Source of the DNA: an uncultured Chloroflexia bacterium
Lineage (GTDB): Bacteria; Chloroflexota; Limnocylindria; Limnocylindrales; CSP1-4
Direction: 5' to 3'
Length of the DNA stretch: 64,000 bases
Assembly: GCA_963704935.1 (NCBI GenBank)
Contig: CAVPIF010000003.1
Coordinates: 154,888 to 218,887, forward strand
Shown: positions 62,618 to 64,000 of the stretch, one piece after another
Numbering within the stretch: position 1 is the first letter of the stretch
How the letters are laid out: each line of letters opens with the position of its first letter
The notes under the pieces: generated by a model
The model's database searches: none
Seen by the model: only the letters and a program-made list of their open reading frames with translations
What the model was told of the DNA's origin: nothing
Translations under genes and position numbers: made by a program

Positions 62618-63859
62618 TCAGGGCTGAGAAGCGCGTGCGGCGATCGAGGCAGCCACGACCTCGGCGTCCTCCCCCACCCCGAGGAGGAGCGGCGACTTTC
62701 GCGTCCGCAGGAACGGCACGCCGACGAAGTACAGACCGTCCACGAACGTGCTCGCGCCGTCCGTCTGGATCGGGAAGCCCAGGTCGTCGAACGCGGCCGA
62801 CCACGGCAACCATGATCGATAGTCGGGTCGGAAGCCCCCGGCGAAGATGACCGCCCCGAAGCCGGCCAGAGACACGGTGTCGGGAGAGCTTGCGTCGAAT
62901 GGCGCCGGGTCGGGCACGTTCGGTCGCGGCCAGCCGCGTTCCACCGCCGTCCGGTCGAAGAGCTGCATCAACTCGCCGAATTGCGCGTCCCCCCAGGCGA
63001 TCGTGTCGGTCAGGTCCTGGGCGAAACGTGCCCGGTCGCCATCGGCGCCGAGGAAGTGGCCGACGAGGGTGACGCCAAGCGCCTGCAGCGTTCGGAGGTC
63101 AAGGTCGTGCGGTTCGCCGTGGCCGGTCGCCAGGATGTTCGCGCCCAGCCGGGCGTTGGGCGACGGCAATGACGCGGTCGTGCCCTCGAGAAAGCCCGAC
63201 TCCACCGCCCACCAGTACATGTCGTGGTCCCCGATCCGGCGCGGCGCCCAGGGCGCCTTGCCGCACGCGAGCACGACCTCGCGACCGGCCTCGTGCAGTT
63301 CCTCGGCCAGCTGGCAACCGGACTGGCCGCTCCCGACGATCAGGACGCGGCCGGGCGGGAGCGCGGCCGGATCGTGGTAGCCGTGCAGATCGAGCTGCAG
63401 GAGGTCCGTCGGCAGGGTCTCGGCTCCCGGCGGGCGGTGGGGACGCTGGTAGGCGCCGGTGGCGATGACGACGTGCCGCGCCTCCACCTCCCCGACTGAA
63501 GTCGTGGCGGAGAAGCCCCCGCCGGGCGTCGACTCGAGCGACCGGACCTCCACCCCCTCCCGGACCGGGGCCGCGGATCGGGACGCGTAGCGCTCCAGGA
63601 ACGCCACGATCTCGTCCCTGGGCATGAAGCCATCTGGGTCCGTCCCGTCGTACGCCCCGCCAGGGAGTCGGACTGACCAGTTCGGCGTCACGAGACAGAA
63701 ACTGTCCCACCGGTCACGCCAGGATTGGCCGATGCGGCCACGCTCGAGCACCGCATGCTCGACGCCAAGGCGCGTGAGCTCGTGGCTCACCGCCAGGCCC
63801 GCCTGCCCGCCGCCGATCACGAGGGCCTCGACGTGCTCCGCATGAGCCGGAGCACTCAT
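62618..63859 (-). CDS. FAD/NAD(P)-binding oxidoreductase (flavin monooxygenase-like)
   Basis: Two dinucleotide-binding motifs: VIGGGQAG and IVGSGQSGCQLAEEL. Confidence 0.83.
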   Translation of the reverse strand: MSAPAHAEHVEALVIGGGQAGLAVSHELTRLGVEHAVLERGRIGQSWRDRWDSFCLVTPNWSVRLPGGAYDGTDPDGFMPRDEIVAFLERYASRSAAPVREGVEVRSLESTPGGGFSATTSVGEVEARHVVIATGAYQRPHRPPGAETLPTDLLQLDLHGYHDPAALPPGRVLIVGSGQSGCQLAEELHEAGREVVLACGKAPWAPRRIGDHDMYWWAVESGFLEGTTASLPSPNARLGANILATGHGEPHDLDLRTLQALGVTLVGHFLGADGDRARFAQDLTDTIAWGDAQFGELMQLFDRTAVERGWPRPNVPDPAPFDASSPDTVSLAGFGAVIFAGGFRPDYRSWLPWSAAFDDLGFPIQTDGASTFVDGLYFVGVPFLRTRKSPLLLGVGEDAEVVAASIAARASQP

Positions 63860-64000
63860 GCGGCTGTCCGCGCAGCTGTTGGCACGTGGTCTCCCTTCCG
63901 AGCCGCGGCGACTCCTGTCTATCGACCGCGCGCCGACCCTACCACGGGCGGCTCGAGACCCAGACCTCAGCGAGCGCCGATGACCCGGGCTAGGAGCCGG

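Overview
64 kb of gene-dense, high-GC chromosomal DNA (hand counts of typical 60-nt lines give about 72% G+C). The gene content and local synteny (comM-dprA...xerC, ppa...ftsH) look like a monoderm Actinomycetota- or Chloroflexota-type genome, but the taxon cannot be fixed from sequence alone. I call about 57 protein genes, roughly 50 of them on the minus strand. They sit in long co-directional arrays, and 15 junctions have overlapping stop and start codons, 10 of them GTGA. Content is mostly housekeeping. Translation and stringent response: hisS, rel, ychF. Cell wall: murE, two FemAB-family genes, murJ, murI. DNA transactions: xerC, topA, dprA, comM, mrfA-mrfB, a UvrD-type helicase fused to a Cas4-like nuclease, rarA. 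Proteostasis and membrane: ftsH, two SPFH/NfeD modules, several metallopeptidases. Metabolism: tyrA, trpB2, ppa, speB, beta-carbonic anhydrase, pfkB kinase. There is one tRNA (anticodon CAT). I saw no rRNA, CRISPR array, transposase or prophage genes. The items most worth a second look are: (1) an orphan DnaB-C/RecA-fold ATPase on a low-GC single-gene islet; (2) two paralogous receiver-ParA/CpaE-like ATPase fusions with reciprocal motif loss and no pilus genes nearby; (3) a perfect Cheo-type SOS box in front of mrfAB, plus a perfect 15-nt x4.5 in-frame tandem repeat at the 5' end of mrfB; (4) a secreted S1 protease with three 174/175-nt SLH-like repeats, one carrying a 1-nt insertion, start-overlapped with an upstream Zn-ribbon ORF; (5) a Pro/Thr-rich repeat protein with a sorting-signal-like C-terminus; (6) a 535-nt repeat-filled non-coding gap; (7) single-base frameshifts in comM and ychF, which together with the protease case suggest indel errors in the assembly. 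Nothing here can be proven to be a new system from sequence alone. The candidates are ranked in the findings.
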